NCBI GenBank assembly: GCA_963812605.1
Contig: CAWEWF010000006.1
Location: 192,001 to 256,000, forward strand
DNA length: 64,000 nucleotides
Reading direction: 5' to 3'
From: an uncultured Verrucomicrobiae bacterium
Lineage (GTDB): Bacteria; Verrucomicrobiota; Verrucomicrobiia; Palsa-1439
Position numbers and translations under genes: made by a program. How positions within the stretch are numbered: position 1 is the stretch's first letter; each line of letters opens with the position of its first letter. The notes beneath the pieces were generated by a model, which did no database searches, was not told the DNA's origin, and saw nothing but the letters and a program-made list of their open reading frames with translations. Shown here one piece after another: positions 10,378-22,229 of this stretch.

Positions 10378-12334
10378 CTACGGCACCAGCCGCACACGGT
10401 AGTAGCGGGAGGGGTTGTTGGTCGCGCCGCCCACATCAAGGAAGTTGGTGATGGCGCCGGGCATGGAATTATTCGTAACAACGAAGATGTTGGTGAATCC
10501 GTTCGTGGTATAACCGCCACCGGGTCCACCCGAGGTGGCCTGCAAGGCGTTCGTCTGTCCCGGGCCCATCATCCAGGTAAGGAGCAGATCGTTGCCTTGC
10601 CGTGTGATCGATATGATCCGGAATGCGTTCGTATTGAAGACAACGCTGCCGGCGATGAGCATGCCGCCCGTGTGGATGAATTGGCCACAAGCATTCGTCA
10701 AAATGAGTGAGTCGGTCTGCAGCACGCCTCCACTCAGAATCAATTGTCCGCCACGCACATCGATGAACGCGTTGTGCGCCGCGTTGGTGGCAATGAGGCT
10801 GCCACTGTCCAACTCAACCAGATTGTCGCAGGTGGGCGATTCCAGTCCCACCGTAAGGTTCGTGGCGAAAACCGACCCGCCATCGATCACCAATGAATTG
10901 CTCGACCCCCGATCACCGATCGTCAGCGCGCCATTCTGCCAAAGGCCCCCGCCAACCACTCGCACGCGGTTACTGCTGCCGCCAAGCTGGGAACCCACGA
11001 CACCCGAAGCGTCGAATACCTGGCCACCATTGCTAATCACCAGGCTGTTCCCTGCGCCCAATGACCCGACAGTGAGGGTGGAGGCGTTGCTCCACACCGA
11101 GCCGCTGCCGCTCACCACGGCATTGTTATTGGTCCCGCCGTTGTACCCGATGTAGGAGTTGTCAGTGACGACTTCGCCGCTGTTGCTGATAGTTAATGAG
11201 TTCCCAGAGCCGGAATCGCCGACATGAAGTTCCGCTGTGATCCATGATGACCCGCTGCCCTTCACAACCACTTTGTTATTGTCGGAAATCGGGCTGCCGG
11301 TGCCGATGCGACCATCACCGCTAATGACAGCGCCGCCGTTGTCGATGACCAGCGTGTTTCCACCCCCGTTACCACCGCTATAGCCAATGCCAAGCTCACC
11401 CCCCGTATTCCAGACTGATCCGCTACCAGTGACAAAAACCTCATTCCTCATGCCGCCGACAAGACCGTTGCCATCGATGGCAACGCCTCCATTGCTGACG
11501 GTCAGCGAGTTGCCGACATTGAAGTCTTCCAACCCGACAGTCAGTGTGTTCAGGTTGCTCCAGACCGACCGGAACCAGTCACAACAACGCTATTGTTGCT
11601 CCCGTAATTACCTCCAATGGCGGCACCGCCAATCCAGCCACCATCGCTGGCTATCGAGCCGCCGTTGCTGATCACCAACGAATTGCCACTGCCTGAATTG
11701 CCGATAATGAGGTCGCCAGTATTCGTCCACACGGATCCGCTGCCGGTGACCACCATGCGATTGCCGTCGCTGCCGGGGAGTTGGCCCGCTGCGGAATCCG
11801 ATGCCCGCCGTCGATCGCACCACCGCCGCTGATCACCAGTGAGTTGGCACTGCCGTAATCGCCGGTTTCCCAATCAAAAGTGATGCTCAAGACCGATCCG
11901 GTGCCGGTGACCACCACGCTGTTGTTATTGGCCCCCGGCTGGGCGCCGGCATTGAGGGCAGCGATTACTTCCGCCCCGCTACTAACGGTGAGCGAATTGC
12001 TGCTGCCGTAGTAGCCGACGAACAAACCACCAGAGTTCAGCTGGATCCACGCCGACCCGCTGCCGCTGACCACCAGGCTGTTGCCGTCAGCGCTCGCCAC
12101 ATACCCGATGTAGGCGTCATATCCGTTTGTTACAAACTGGACGCCGTCGTTGACGATTTGGAGCTGGTCACCGGAATTCGTGTCGCCGATATAGAAAAAC
12201 TGTGCGGCCCAGCCGTTGCTCACGCCGCTGATGGTAATAGTCTGGTTATCACCAGAGAATTGCGCGCGGGCAGAATTGCCGGACAAACATCCGAACAATG
12301 TGCACACAGCGACCGTCAAATGCCGTTTTATCAT
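10378..12334 (-). CDS. Secreted Gly/Ser/Asn-rich beta-strand repeat protein (T5SS/PEP-CTERM-associated repeat type) with C-terminal RYYRVRLVP domain; several frameshifts
   Basis: Signal peptide at 12334; repeats of VTGSGSVW...GxGNSLxISNGG across ORFs 11672..12448, 11550..11873 and 10378..11532. Confidence 0.75.
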
Positions 12335-12486
12335 CACCGCGCCCCTTCCCCACGCCCAGAGTGAATCTCGCCTTGTGACACCGGCACACAGTCGAACAGA
12401 AGTTACCGCAGAAGTCAAGAAAACGCTGGGCCGGACGGTATGCCCCACCCCTTCTTCGCGTAGAGCCGGCCCTTCCTACCGTGTGG

Positions 12487-12751
12487 ACATCCGCCGGCGC
12501 CAGGTTAATGGTCGTCCGCCCCATGACGTACTTGAACCCGCTGTTCCCAATGGCCGTCTTCACCCGGTCGCGCGACTCCTTCACCGCCGCGTCCGGCAAG
12601 CCCACGATAATGACCGCCGGTCTGCCTCCACCCCGCGTTCACCTCAATCTCAATGGGATAGGAATCAATGCCCAGAACCGCCGCAGAGTGAACTTTCGCG
12701 AGCATGATTGTCTCTTGTAACCGAAACGCCACCGCAAGTCGAACGAGTTTT
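12487..12751 (-). pseudogene. comM: comM 5' fragment (~73 codons, one indel) plus promoter copy
   Basis: [26 protein letters not shown].../[39 protein letters not shown]; ATG at 12705. Confidence 0.92.
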
Positions 12752-12766
12752 GCCGGAAAAGCGGGC

Positions 12767-13786
12767 TCAGCGGTCGACCGGCCCCCTGCTCTCACTATTT
12801 TCCTGGCGGTGGAGCTGCTCGAAACCGAAATCGAAAAGCGCCGTGGCATCCGTCCATTTGTTCGCGCTATGCAACAGGACCAGATACAGCTCATGGCCGT
12901 CGCGGGTGGCAGACGCGGCAAAGGTGTGTCGGGAGCGGTGCGTCCAGCCCGTCTTGGCTGGCCCCATGCCGGGATACACGCCCAGGAGCTTGTTGTGATT
13001 CTTCAGCGTTTGCGGACCGGCCGCCGTCTTCAGCGCGAGGCTGGGCGTGCAACAAATTTCGCGCAGGTCCGGCACCGCCATCGCGGCCCGAAATATTCTT
13101 AACAAATCCTCGGCGGTGGTCACCTGGCCGGGCGCGGGCAGGCCGTTCGGGTTTTTGAACAGGCTGTTGGTGCAGCCCAGTTCGCGGGCGCGGGCGTTCA
13201 TCAGCGCCACAAACTTTTCCACCGAGCCGCCCGTGTGCCGCGCCAGCGCCAGGGCGGAATCGTTGTCCGAGCCGATGAGCAGGGATTGCACCAGGGTTTT
13301 GACCGGGACAGTCTCCCCGGTTCGCAACGGAATCCGGCTGGGTTCGACGAGCGTGTCTGCCTGCTCGATGACAACTTCGCCTTCGAGGTGCGTCCTCTCA
13401 TACACCAGCAGCGCCGTTAGCAATTTGAGAGTGCTCGCCGGCGGGAAGGCCTTGACGGGATTCCGGCTGAAGAGAACCTTGCCGCTCGCGGCATCCACCA
13501 GAAGCGCGCTGCGAGCCTGCACTTTTGGATTGAGTGGCGTCAGGGCATTGGTCTGAACCGCTGCCCCAGCCAGCGGCAATTGCAGGAACAGCAGCGCGCC
13601 TACAAGAATGCGGCGAAGGTGGCACTCGGCAGCAACAGTTTTCACCCGATCACGGGATTCTTTGGCGACCGCATCGGGAGGACCAACAAGCATCACTTGT
13701 GGTTGTCCGCAAACGGAGCTGACTTCGATTTCTATCGGATAAGCGTCGATCCCGAGAACCGCGGCAGAATGAACTTTGGGCAGCAT
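12767..13786 (-). CDS. D-alanyl-D-alanine carboxypeptidase (peptidase S11) with an N-terminal ~51 aa ComM-derived segment
   Basis: STLK (SxxK), SDN and KTG motifs; begins [22 protein letters not shown]...KESRDRVKT. Confidence 0.85.
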   Translation of the reverse strand: MLPKVHSAAVLGIDAYPIEIEVSSVCGQPQVMLVGPPDAVAKESRDRVKTVAAECHLRRILVGALLFLQLPLAGAAVQTNALTPLNPKVQARSALLVDAASGKVLFSRNPVKAFPPASTLKLLTALLVYERTHLEGEVVIEQADTLVEPSRIPLRTGETVPVKTLVQSLLIGSDNDSALALARHTGGSVEKFVALMNARARELGCTNSLFKNPNGLPAPGQVTTAEDLLRIFRAAMAVPDLREICCTPSLALKTAAGPQTLKNHNKLLGVYPGMGPAKTGWTHRSRHTFAASATRDGHELYLVLLHSANKWTDATALFDFGFEQLHRQENSESRGPVDR

Positions 13787-13853
13787 CTGAAGAGTAATAG
13801 TGGAAAGCCTCGCCCAAGTCGAACGAGTTTTCTGCGATTTGACTCTGCCGCTT

Positions 13854-13883
13854 CTACGGCAAAACGTCAAAATGATGGAACCC
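13854..13883 (-). repeat. Remnant of the 3' end of the GloVer-repeat gene (GFHHFDVLP* vs GFYRFDITP*)
   Basis: 24/30 nt match to 33462-33491; both lie just upstream of a comM promoter copy. Confidence 0.6.
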
Positions 13884-14074
13884 AAATAAAGGCGGTTGGA
13901 ATATCGAGCGCCACGCTATCGGGCTTTCATACAAAGCAGCGTCTCATCGCCTTTCGCCTCGATAAGGCCATGGGCAAGGCCACCGATAATCTTCTGGCGG
14001 CCCTGCCCATACCTCTAATACCAAGGCTCGGATGAAAACACGCGCGTATCACCGCGTGCTGCCGGCCTCAACGA

Positions 14075-14785
14075 CTATGAATTGCGCCGACGACGCAGAC
14101 CGAACAATCCCGCCAAACCGGCTCCGATGACGACGAGCGACACGCTGGCAGGCTCCGGAATCAACTGGATGCTGTTGAACGTTATATCGTAATTGCCCCC
14201 GGGCATATTAGGAAGAACGGACGGATCCAGGTCAAGGTTGAACGAGTAGATGTGATCGTTTCCACCCGCAATTTTGGACATCTGCCCCGCCATGAGAGGC
14301 TCCGTCATCGTGCCCACGTTGCCATTCCATACACACTGCGGAGGACCGGTGGGATTATTGTTTGGGCCACTGTACGGCATGTTGTAATTGAATTGCGTTG
14401 GCGGAGGCAAGTCATCATTGAGCACCAACTGGCCGGGTGAGAAGTAAACCCAATTATTGATGTTTCCGTTCACCGTGATCGTGAGCTGAACTGACGTGTC
14501 AGCCGCATTCAAGGTTTGAACACCGGAGTTGATGACAAAATTGCAACCACCATAACCTCCGTTGGTCGGGGCCACAACCTCGATACCGGTCGATGTGAAA
14601 CTAATCGCGGCGCCGCCGCCGGGTGCCCAATCGCCGTAGGAACCATTCGATGAAACGTTGCTCAAATACTGACCTCCGGTGACGTATTGGGCCTGCGTCG
14701 AGCCGGCCAAGGTCAACCCAGTCACCACGGCAAGCATGGTGATCAGTTGTTTCGTTGGGGCTTTGTACTTCATAGAATACCTCAT
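14075..14785 (-). CDS. PEP-CTERM sorting domain protein
   Basis: Signal peptide; C-terminal IPEPASVSLVVIGAGLAGLFGLRRRRNS. Confidence 0.9.
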   Translation of the reverse strand: MRYSMKYKAPTKQLITMLAVVTGLTLAGSTQAQYVTGGQYLSNVSSNGSYGDWAPGGGAAISFTSTGIEVVAPTNGGYGGCNFVINSGVQTLNAADTSVQLTITVNGNINNWVYFSPGQLVLNDDLPPPTQFNYNMPYSGPNNNPTGPPQCVWNGNVGTMTEPLMAGQMSKIAGGNDHIYSFNLDLDPSVLPNMPGGNYDITFNSIQLIPEPASVSLVVIGAGLAGLFGLRRRRNS

Positions 14786-14939
14786 GTTAATCCCTTTCTC
14801 GCATTTCTCCCGTCGTTTCCAGAGAGCACACGTGCTGCGATTGTTTCCCCGCCGCACGGCTATCTGGGTTTCTCCACACTCGTCTCGCTTCGAGTGCAAA
14901 TCATACCTGAACTTGTGTCTAAAGGAACAACAACCTTAC

Positions 14940-14949
14940 TTTACGTAAA
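14940..14949. promoter_or_regulatory. Putative LacI-family operator TTTACGTAAA
   Basis: Perfect palindrome; one of six intergenic copies in the locus. Confidence 0.75.
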
Positions 14950-15102
14950 CTTGCCGACTTTTCGGCGGTTTTTCGCTTGTTTTGACATCTCCCAAAAGCC
15001 GCGGAGCGCAGCCGTTCGATAGGCTCACCGAGTCGTGAACGCAGGCTCTTGTTACTTGGTTTCCTGTCATCGTCTCGACTGTGCTCCACAGAATGTTCCA
15101 AC

Positions 15103-17691
15103 CTACGGCACCAGCACGCGCACTCGATAGTAGCGCGTCGGCCCGGTCACTACATTGGTTTCGATGAAACTCGTCACCATACCCAGGCCGCTGCCCCCGC
15201 TCAGAATGTTGGTCTGACCGGTGCTGATAAAGTTATTCGAGGAATAGCTGCCGTTGGCCGTGCCGGTGGTGAACTCCAGCACGTTGGTGCGCGAAGCGAG
15301 GCCGGGCGACCACGTGCTGTCGCCACTGGCGCCGAGATACGTGATCACCAGGTTGGCCGGGTTCGCCTTCGCAATACTAATAATGTGCGGGTAGGCCGCG
15401 CTATTGGTCGGATTGAACCCGGCCAGGAATTGGTTGGTATTGCTGATGCCCTTGCCCAGCGGATCGGCATTAGGTCCGCTGTAGGCGGGATTCCCCAGTT
15501 CAGCCATGCTGAAATAATTGCTCTGCCATGTCGCGAACGGATCTGGCGTCGCCGCACTCGCCGTCACGTCCACGATCTGCATGTCGTTCAGGAAGCCTCG
15601 ATTCCCCTGACCACCACCAAAGCCCGAACCCATGAAATCGATGTACATGGCTCCGCTGGCCGATGGAGAAATCGGGCCAATGACCGCCAGCCGGTCCACA
15701 TTAAAAGCCCCGAGGACATTACCGCCGACACAAAGGTTGGTCGAAGCGATCAGCGATGTATAATTCGTGTCACTGTACACGTTGTAGACCGTCAGGACAT
15801 CGGCGTCCGGAGGGGCATTGTAGCCATGCGAGCCGAAGAAGGTCAGCGTGTATTGGTGCGACGGATTCATGTTCTGCAGAATGAAGTGCGCATTGACATA
15901 ATACTGGCAGACGGCCGTATCGATGCCCAGGTAGCCGAGCGCGTTGGTGTTAATGATGGCGTTGGTCGGGCTACTGACGGTCCCAACCCCAAGAGGAACG
16001 GCAGCGGGGCTATTGTAAGAGTCCGCTCCAAATCGAGTGGGAACGTTCGCATTGGTGTACGCGGGTTTGCTGGTGTCGAACTTGACGGTCATCGCTGTCG
16101 CCGCGCCGGCGGCATTGGTGAGAGCAACCGGATTGCCGTAATAATTCGTGTCCATGCTGTTCCAGTAATGCCCCAAGGTATCCGGACTCGGGTTGGCGAA
16201 GCCGCGGTCGGTGGGGGGTGTGCTAGTGGAGTTAAAATTGAGCAACCAGGTCGCATTGACGGGCGGCGCCGTGGCGGCGGGGTACGGGTCCAGATCGACA
16301 AGTGACATCGTGTTTAGGTAGCCAGCATACTGCGGAGGGCCATTAGTGCAATTGCCTACGCTATTCGTTCCAAAGAATAAAATGTAGAGGACGGTGTCAG
16401 CTGGCCCCGTGATTCCGCTCGCTGTCGCCAGCCGGTCCTCATTGTTGAATTGTCCACTGCCGACTTTGAGCGTGGGCGAGGCAAGTGTGGAACCCCCACT
16501 GTTCTGGATATAGTAGGTTGTGAGTTCACTCGCCGGATACTTTATCGACCCGAAGAAGTTGAGCGCGTATTGATGCGTCGGATCCAAGTTGTCGAATACG
16601 AGTTCTTGGGATACGTAGTAGTCGGAGACGGCTGTCGGGACGCCCAGATAGCCGAGGGCGTTGGTCGCAATGTTAGAGAAGGCGTTCGTGCGAGTAGTTC
16701 CATCCGGATCGGAATCCGGCCCGTTGTAAGAGTCAAACCCGCCGCACAACCCCCCAACCGGTTCCGCAGAATACGCCACGGAGTTGATCTGGTTGACCGC
16801 GTTCGTCATGGGGAACAAAACAGCGGGGCTCACACTGTTCCAGTAATGCCCCTGGACATCCGGATTCGGCGTGACAAAGCCGTGGGTGGTGTTCGTGTTC
16901 CCCATTTGGATGAGAGTAGTCTTCGTTACGACCGAGGCGGGTGGCGGCGTATTCGTGCTCGGACCCTGCGTGAGCTGCATACAGTTGAGATAACCACCGG
17001 CTCCGTTGGTGCCGATTCCTCCATTGACGGTGTTCGTTCCCAAGAATTGGACGTAGAGGGTGCCATTCTGCGGCGGCAGGACGGTAGCGCTCACCACCAT
17101 GTTCGAGTTGGGGACTGATGGATTGGCGGGGTACTGTGCATACTCGGCAACCGCAGTTTCCAGCATGGTGTAGGCGCTGTTCGTAAAAATGGAATAGACC
17201 GTGTAATCACTTGGGCTGGCGCTATGCGACCCAAAAAAGGTGAGGGTGTACGTCCGCGATGGATACAGGTTTTGGAGTTCAAATTCGGAATTGACGTAAT
17301 AGTTATACACCGCCTGCTGAATGCCCAGGTTGCCGAGCGCATTCGTGTCGATGACGCAGTTGGCGGGGGTCCCCGGCGGAACCGGTCCGGCGGGCCCGTT
17401 GTTGGCGTCCGTATTGCCGACCTTGCCAACTTCAAATCCAAACGCCGCGGCCCAAGTTCTTCCCACCGTGCCGTCAATGTTTGTCAGAACAGGGAAGAAC
17501 TGGCTACTATCGACGCTATTCCAGTAATGCCCGTGGATGTCCGGACTGGGCGCGTTGGTGCCGTTCAAAGTCTGGTTGTCACCCATCTTGATCAAGACGG
17601 TTTGACTTTGGGCGGGCAGAACGAATCCCAGGACGAGCGTCAGCAGAGCCGCGACAAAACTGAAATTAGCTGTTACCTTGCGAATCCTCAT
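15103..17691 (-). CDS. Large secreted protein with three tandem ~200 aa repeats and a C-terminal RYYRVRVLVP domain
   Basis: Signal peptide; 3x PDxxGHYWNS...NALGxLG...YxLxFFGS...G[YF]LNxM. Confidence 0.85.
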   Translation of the reverse strand: MRIRKVTANFSFVAALLTLVLGFVLPAQSQTVLIKMGDNQTLNGTNAPSPDIHGHYWNSVDSSQFFPVLTNIDGTVGRTWAAAFGFEVGKVGNTDANNGPAGPVPPGTPANCVIDTNALGNLGIQQAVYNYYVNSEFELQNLYPSRTYTLTFFGSHSASPSDYTVYSIFTNSAYTMLETAVAEYAQYPANPSVPNSNMVVSATVLPPQNGTLYVQFLGTNTVNGGIGTNGAGGYLNCMQLTQGPSTNTPPPASVVTKTTLIQMGNTNTTHGFVTPNPDVQGHYWNSVSPAVLFPMTNAVNQINSVAYSAEPVGGLCGGFDSYNGPDSDPDGTTRTNAFSNIATNALGYLGVPTAVSDYYVSQELVFDNLDPTHQYALNFFGSIKYPASELTTYYIQNSGGSTLASPTLKVGSGQFNNEDRLATASGITGPADTVLYILFFGTNSVGNCTNGPPQYAGYLNTMSLVDLDPYPAATAPPVNATWLLNFNSTSTPPTDRGFANPSPDTLGHYWNSMDTNYYGNPVALTNAAGAATAMTVKFDTSKPAYTNANVPTRFGADSYNSPAAVPLGVGTVSSPTNAIINTNALGYLGIDTAVCQYYVNAHFILQNMNPSHQYTLTFFGSHGYNAPPDADVLTVYNVYSDTNYTSLIASTNLCVGGNVLGAFNVDRLAVIGPISPSASGAMYIDFMGSGFGGGQGNRGFLNDMQIVDVTASAATPDPFATWQSNYFSMAELGNPAYSGPNADPLGKGISNTNQFLAGFNPTNSAAYPHIISIAKANPANLVITYLGASGDSTWSPGLASRTNVLEFTTGTANGSYSSNNFISTGQTNILSGGSGLGMVTSFIETNVVTGPTRYYRVRVLVP

Positions 17692-17829
17692 GGTTTTCCC
17701 CTTCTGTTGTGCCGGCTGCAAATAATCTTCTGCCACGCCTTACCTGATCCCATCTCGCCTTGTACTTTGGAATCTACTCGTTACGAATTATCAACCCGCC
17801 TCTTTCCCGTCGCAGCTGTCCCATAATCC

Positions 17830-18633
17830 TCAGGGCAAACTATCGAAGCTGTTGAGGGCATCGCAAAATGTTTGGCTGGTGCCTTGCGCTGTGGTGATTA
17901 GTCCCACATGGCCATCCAGGTAAAGCCCCAAGGCCGCATCGCCGTATGCATAATTGAGATACTTCCAACCGTTTACTCCATCTGGCACGGGATTGGCAGT
18001 ATAGGTACCCCACTCGACCAGATCGTAGGTGCCGAAATCCGGCGAGAGCGCCCCGCCCGTCCCGACCGACCCCGTCATGATGATTGGCTCAATGTTCCCG
18101 ACCATCGCCGCGTCGCCATCGCGCCGATACTTGCACCCGCCGCCGATCAGCGCATTACAGGTATATGAGATCTGAAAGAACTTGGCCATGGCATAACTGC
18201 CGCGACCAACCAAGTGCTCTTGTTGACCGTATTTTCGAACCATGAGCGGGCACCACATCGTTTCGGCGTAGCTTGGTTTGCCCATGGTCGATATGTATGT
18301 ACCCGTTGGGTCGATAGGGATCACGCCGTAGGTGTGTTCCCAGACATTGCGCCGCCACGTGTAATCGGTGTTCCCATTGGGATTGGGAAGGTTGCCCAAC
18401 GGCTTGGGCCAATACCCGTCGAAATCGTCGACATACATACGCACCGCCAAAAAGATTTGCTTCAGATTGCTGATGGATTTCGCGGTCATCGCCTTGTCGC
18501 GGGCTTTGTTCAAAGCCGGAAGCAGCATGGCCGCCAGGATGCCGATAATCGCAATGACAACGAGCAGTTCAATGAGCGTAAACGCGCTTCTCGGCGCACG
18601 TTCTTTGAAACGAAAGCTGTTTTTATTGGTCAT
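17830..18633 (-). CDS. Prepilin-type N-terminal cleavage/methylation protein (DUF1559/H-X9-DG type)
   Basis: [25 protein letters not shown]; C-terminal LYLDGHV. Confidence 0.9.
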   Translation of the reverse strand: MTNKNSFRFKERAPRSAFTLIELLVVIAIIGILAAMLLPALNKARDKAMTAKSISNLKQIFLAVRMYVDDFDGYWPKPLGNLPNPNGNTDYTWRRNVWEHTYGVIPIDPTGTYISTMGKPSYAETMWCPLMVRKYGQQEHLVGRGSYAMAKFFQISYTCNALIGGGCKYRRDGDAAMVGNIEPIIMTGSVGTGGALSPDFGTYDLVEWGTYTANPVPDGVNGWKYLNYAYGDAALGLYLDGHVGLITTAQGTSQTFCDALNSFDSLP

Positions 18634-18761
18634 GAGTCCGCTTCCTCTGTTCCAAATCGGGAACGTGACGCTTCCCGTTCCCATCTCAAGCTTAGAAATC
18701 CCGCACTCTTCAACGATGCCCAGTCTCGCAGGTGTATCTTCCACGCGCAACGAGAAGCATA

Positions 18762-18773
18762 CTTTACGTAAAG
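18762..18773. promoter_or_regulatory. Putative LacI-family operator CTTTACGTAAAG
   Basis: 12 bp palindrome upstream of the prepilin-like gene. Confidence 0.75.
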
Positions 18774-18872
18774 CCCCCGTATTGGCAGCCTTTACCGGGC
18801 TCCCTGCCAGCTAGGCCAATCCGCCCGTCCGCCCAGGTGGCAACCAACACCGTCGATGGTTTTCTGATCCAT

Positions 18873-19538
18873 TTAGCCACAGATACTTTCCATCAAAATC
18901 AACTCGTCGGGGGAAATACCGGACAAATTCGCCGCGGACCGGGTCGCCCGCGGGTGACCCATGGCGGCGCCGACCGCCAACACACTCATACCGGCGGCCA
19001 ACGCCGCCTCGACACCGGCTCCTGCGTCTTCCACCACCAAACATTCCTCCGGAGAAATACCGAGCCGCATTGCCGTGATCGCAAATACCTCGGGATTCGG
19101 TTTCGACCGGGTTATATGGTTGCCGTCGGTAATGATATCGAACTTATCTTCCAGACCGAGGGCCCGCAGGGTCGCGTGGGCATTCTTGCTTGAGGAACCA
19201 ATCGCGATTTTCACCCGCCGGTCCTTCAGGGCCTTGATCACATCGGCGACTCCGGGCAAAATGTCAGCCGGCGATAATGCCTTCAACAACTCGCGATAAT
19301 GGACATTCTTGCGCTCGGCCATTTCGCGTTTCTCATCCAGCGAATACCGCCTGGTTGATTTCTCCAACAGGATCTCCAGGGACTCCATTCGACTGACGCC
19401 ACGCAGGCGGTCGTTCGATTCGCGGCCAAACGGAATCCCCAGGGAATCGGCCAGTCGCTTCCACGCTTGGAAGTGGTACTCATCCGTCGAAACGATGACT
19501 CCATCGAGATCAAAGATAACGGCTTTGATTGTTCTCAT
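18873..19538 (-). CDS. pgmB: Beta-phosphoglucomutase
   Basis: FDLDGVI, HFQAWKRLA, LRGVSRMESL, SSSKNA, KPNPEVF, VEDA. Confidence 0.93.
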   Translation of the reverse strand: MRTIKAVIFDLDGVIVSTDEYHFQAWKRLADSLGIPFGRESNDRLRGVSRMESLEILLEKSTRRYSLDEKREMAERKNVHYRELLKALSPADILPGVADVIKALKDRRVKIAIGSSSKNAHATLRALGLEDKFDIITDGNHITRSKPNPEVFAITAMRLGISPEECLVVEDAGAGVEAALAAGMSVLAVGAAMGHPRATRSAANLSGISPDELILMESICG

Positions 19539-19568
19539 TCGCTGGCGTGCTCTGTGGAAACTACCGGT

Positions 19569-21895
19569 TTAGTCCAGCACTTTGAGAGAGGTTGAGGTCA
19601 CGCTCAGTTCATCTCGAAGAACATGCGTTTCGCCATTAAGAATTACGCGCGCCGGCTCCTGTCCTTCTGATCCCTCAACCTCCAATCGATGAACGTCGTG
19701 TGTCAGGGTCAGGTTCAATCGGTATCCCCGGTAGGCGATCCGAAGTGACACGGATTTCCAAGCCTCTGGGAGGCATGGTTCAAACGCGATGCCCTTGGAA
19801 AGAAGACGCATGCCCAGAAACCCATAGACGAGCGTCTGCCAGGTGCCGCCCAGGGCCGCGGCGTGGAGCCCGTCGTCGATCGTCCCTCGCCCGTCATCGA
19901 GATCCAATCCCGCCGCCTTACAGAAGTAATCGTAGGCCTGTTGTTCCCGGCCGATCTTGGTTGCCAGGATGGAATGCGTGTTGTAACTCAACGACGAGAA
20001 GTGGAGAGTCATCGGTTCGTAGAAGTCGTAAGCTTCCCGCATTTGCTCCGCGGTAAATTCCTCCTGCAGCAAATACATGGCGACGATGATGTCCGCCTGT
20101 TTCACTACCCGATGCGTGTGTCGCAGCGCGTACGCTTCGTCAGCGCTCAGCCCCTTGAAATCGAGTGTTTTCTTGCCGAGCAGAAATTCGTCCTGCAGCG
20201 GGAAGTTGCGGCCGGGAACCAAGGGGACTGCCATCCGTTGGGCCGCATTCGTCCAGCTCGCGATCTCCCCGGCTCCAATCTCCAGTTTTTCGGTCAGCGC
20301 CTTCGCGGCCCGCGGTTCCGCGGCCTTGATGCTCTTGAGCCAACGCGCGGCGAGTTGAAGATGACGGCGCGCCATCAGACTTGTATAGCCGTTGTCCTTG
20401 CCGTGCTTGTCGAGCTCGTCCGGCCCCACGGTATTATGCAGATGCACGACACCCGCCCTGTCCTCTTCCAGGCGCGACATCCAAAAGCGCGCGGTATCCA
20501 CGAGCATCTCCAGCCCCTTGTCTCGCATGAACTCGTAATCACCGGTAGCCTGCGCGTATTGATCGATCGCATACGCGATGTCCGCGTTCTGATGCCACAC
20601 ATAATCACCGATACTCCACGGCGCTTGTTCGGTCCCATCCTCGGAATCCGTCATCCACGGGAAACAAGCGCCCGGGGACTTCAAACGACGGGCGTTGCGG
20701 CGCGCGCCCTCCAAGGTGCGATAGCGAAAATTCAGCAGATTTTTTGCCGCCTCGGGGTACGTGTGCACGTAATACGGCAGCAAGAAGGTTTCACTGTCCC
20801 AGTAATACAATCCGTGATAGCGGTTAAAGGCATACGCGCGCGCCGGTACGCTGATTTTGTCCGTATGAAATGGCGCCATCTGCAGCATGCTGAAGGAGCT
20901 GAACCGAAGGTACGTTTGATCTCTTGCCGGACCATCGATCGTCACATCCGCCATTGCCCAGCGGCGCCGCCAGACTTTTTCCGATTCTGCCAACGAATCG
21001 TGATAGCCAACTTTCAAGGCTTCACGCGCGATCGTAGTGGCCACTTCGGGAACGCGCGAGGGCTCCACTTCGTCCCGGGAACTGACTACCGCCACGCTGT
21101 GAAGGACGCTGGCTGATTCGCGTTTCTTGAGCGCAAGTACGACCTCTTGTTTCAGCACCGTTGAGTTTCGCGCGGACATGGCGCACGGACCGCCGGCGAC
21201 ATTGGAGGCAATATTCACGGTATGTCCTGTGCCCTTTACACAAAATGTCAGGTTCGCTTCCCCGGCGGCGCCCATGGTGACTTGCTGGTCCTCGAGAAGA
21301 TCCTCGCGCAGGTGAGGCAGGGACCGGTCCCGCACCGGAAATAGGTCGGATATGCTCCATCGAGTTTGAACGTCACGACGGCCTTGCCGTTCCAATTCTC
21401 CGGCAAAATGGTGATTTGTTGCAGGCCCAGATGCGGCTCAGCCGCCGAAAGGAACCGCTCGAAGAGCAGCCGGGTGCGCAACCCGGTCGGACTGACCCAC
21501 GACACGTGTCGGGACAATACGCCATTGTACATGTTCAACGATCGACTAAAAAAGTCGATCGTCCCTTCGGAAAGACTGAAGGGTTCTCCTTCCAAAGTGA
21601 TCTCGCAAGCGAACAGCTCGGGCAGCGTTATCATGGCCACCATGGGCCACCCATAATCGACGCGGACCTGTTTTAGCGCCGGCCCGTCAATCTGGCCAAA
21701 AACCCCGGCCAGATATCCCTCGCGAAAACTCTTAACCCCGGGGTTGGCCTCCTCGGTATAACCCCGGACACCCATATAGCCGTTGGACTGGGTGAAGATG
21801 GTTTCGAAGTAGATGCTCTTCTCCGGAGTCCACACGGATTGCGTCAAAAACCACGGGTCACCCGTAGCATACCAAGGCGACGTTATTGATTTCAT
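19569..21895 (-). CDS. GH65 glycoside phosphorylase (frameshift near 21340)
   Basis: SNGYMGVRG, YYWDSETF, GPDE, KQAD, SSLS, GLHAAALGG; adjacent to pgmB. Confidence 0.88.
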
Positions 21896-22060
21896 TTGGT
21901 TCTATTCAAAAAATGACACCGCCAAGCTTTTCCTCTCCACGACGGCATTGCACCATAGGTTCTCGCATTTGCCAAGATCACCAAGCCGGCGGCGGTTACA
22001 GTTATATCACTTCTCACATGCAATCGCCTAAAATGACAAAAACAACAACCCACTTTGGAC

Positions 22061-22070
22061 TTTACGTAAA
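22061..22070. promoter_or_regulatory. Putative LacI-family operator TTTACGTAAA
   Basis: Lies in the divergent GH65/GH87 intergenic region. Confidence 0.75.
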
Positions 22071-22229
22071 TCAAGCACTTGGTTGCCGACATTGAAGTCA
22101 TCGGCTTTTATACTTAAAGTTGAAGTACACACGCATGAAAGCCAAGATGCTTCGCGGACGTCCTCAATACTGCCTGTCTCCAAAAATGGCACCGTGGTTG
22201 CGCGCTGCCGGAATATCAAGAAAGTAAGC

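Noticed and set aside
15049-16305. Long antisense ORFs (also 19863..21116, 26015..27244, 35766..36962, 57204..58487)
   Set aside because: Shadow frames of GC-rich genes with recognisable products on the opposite strand.
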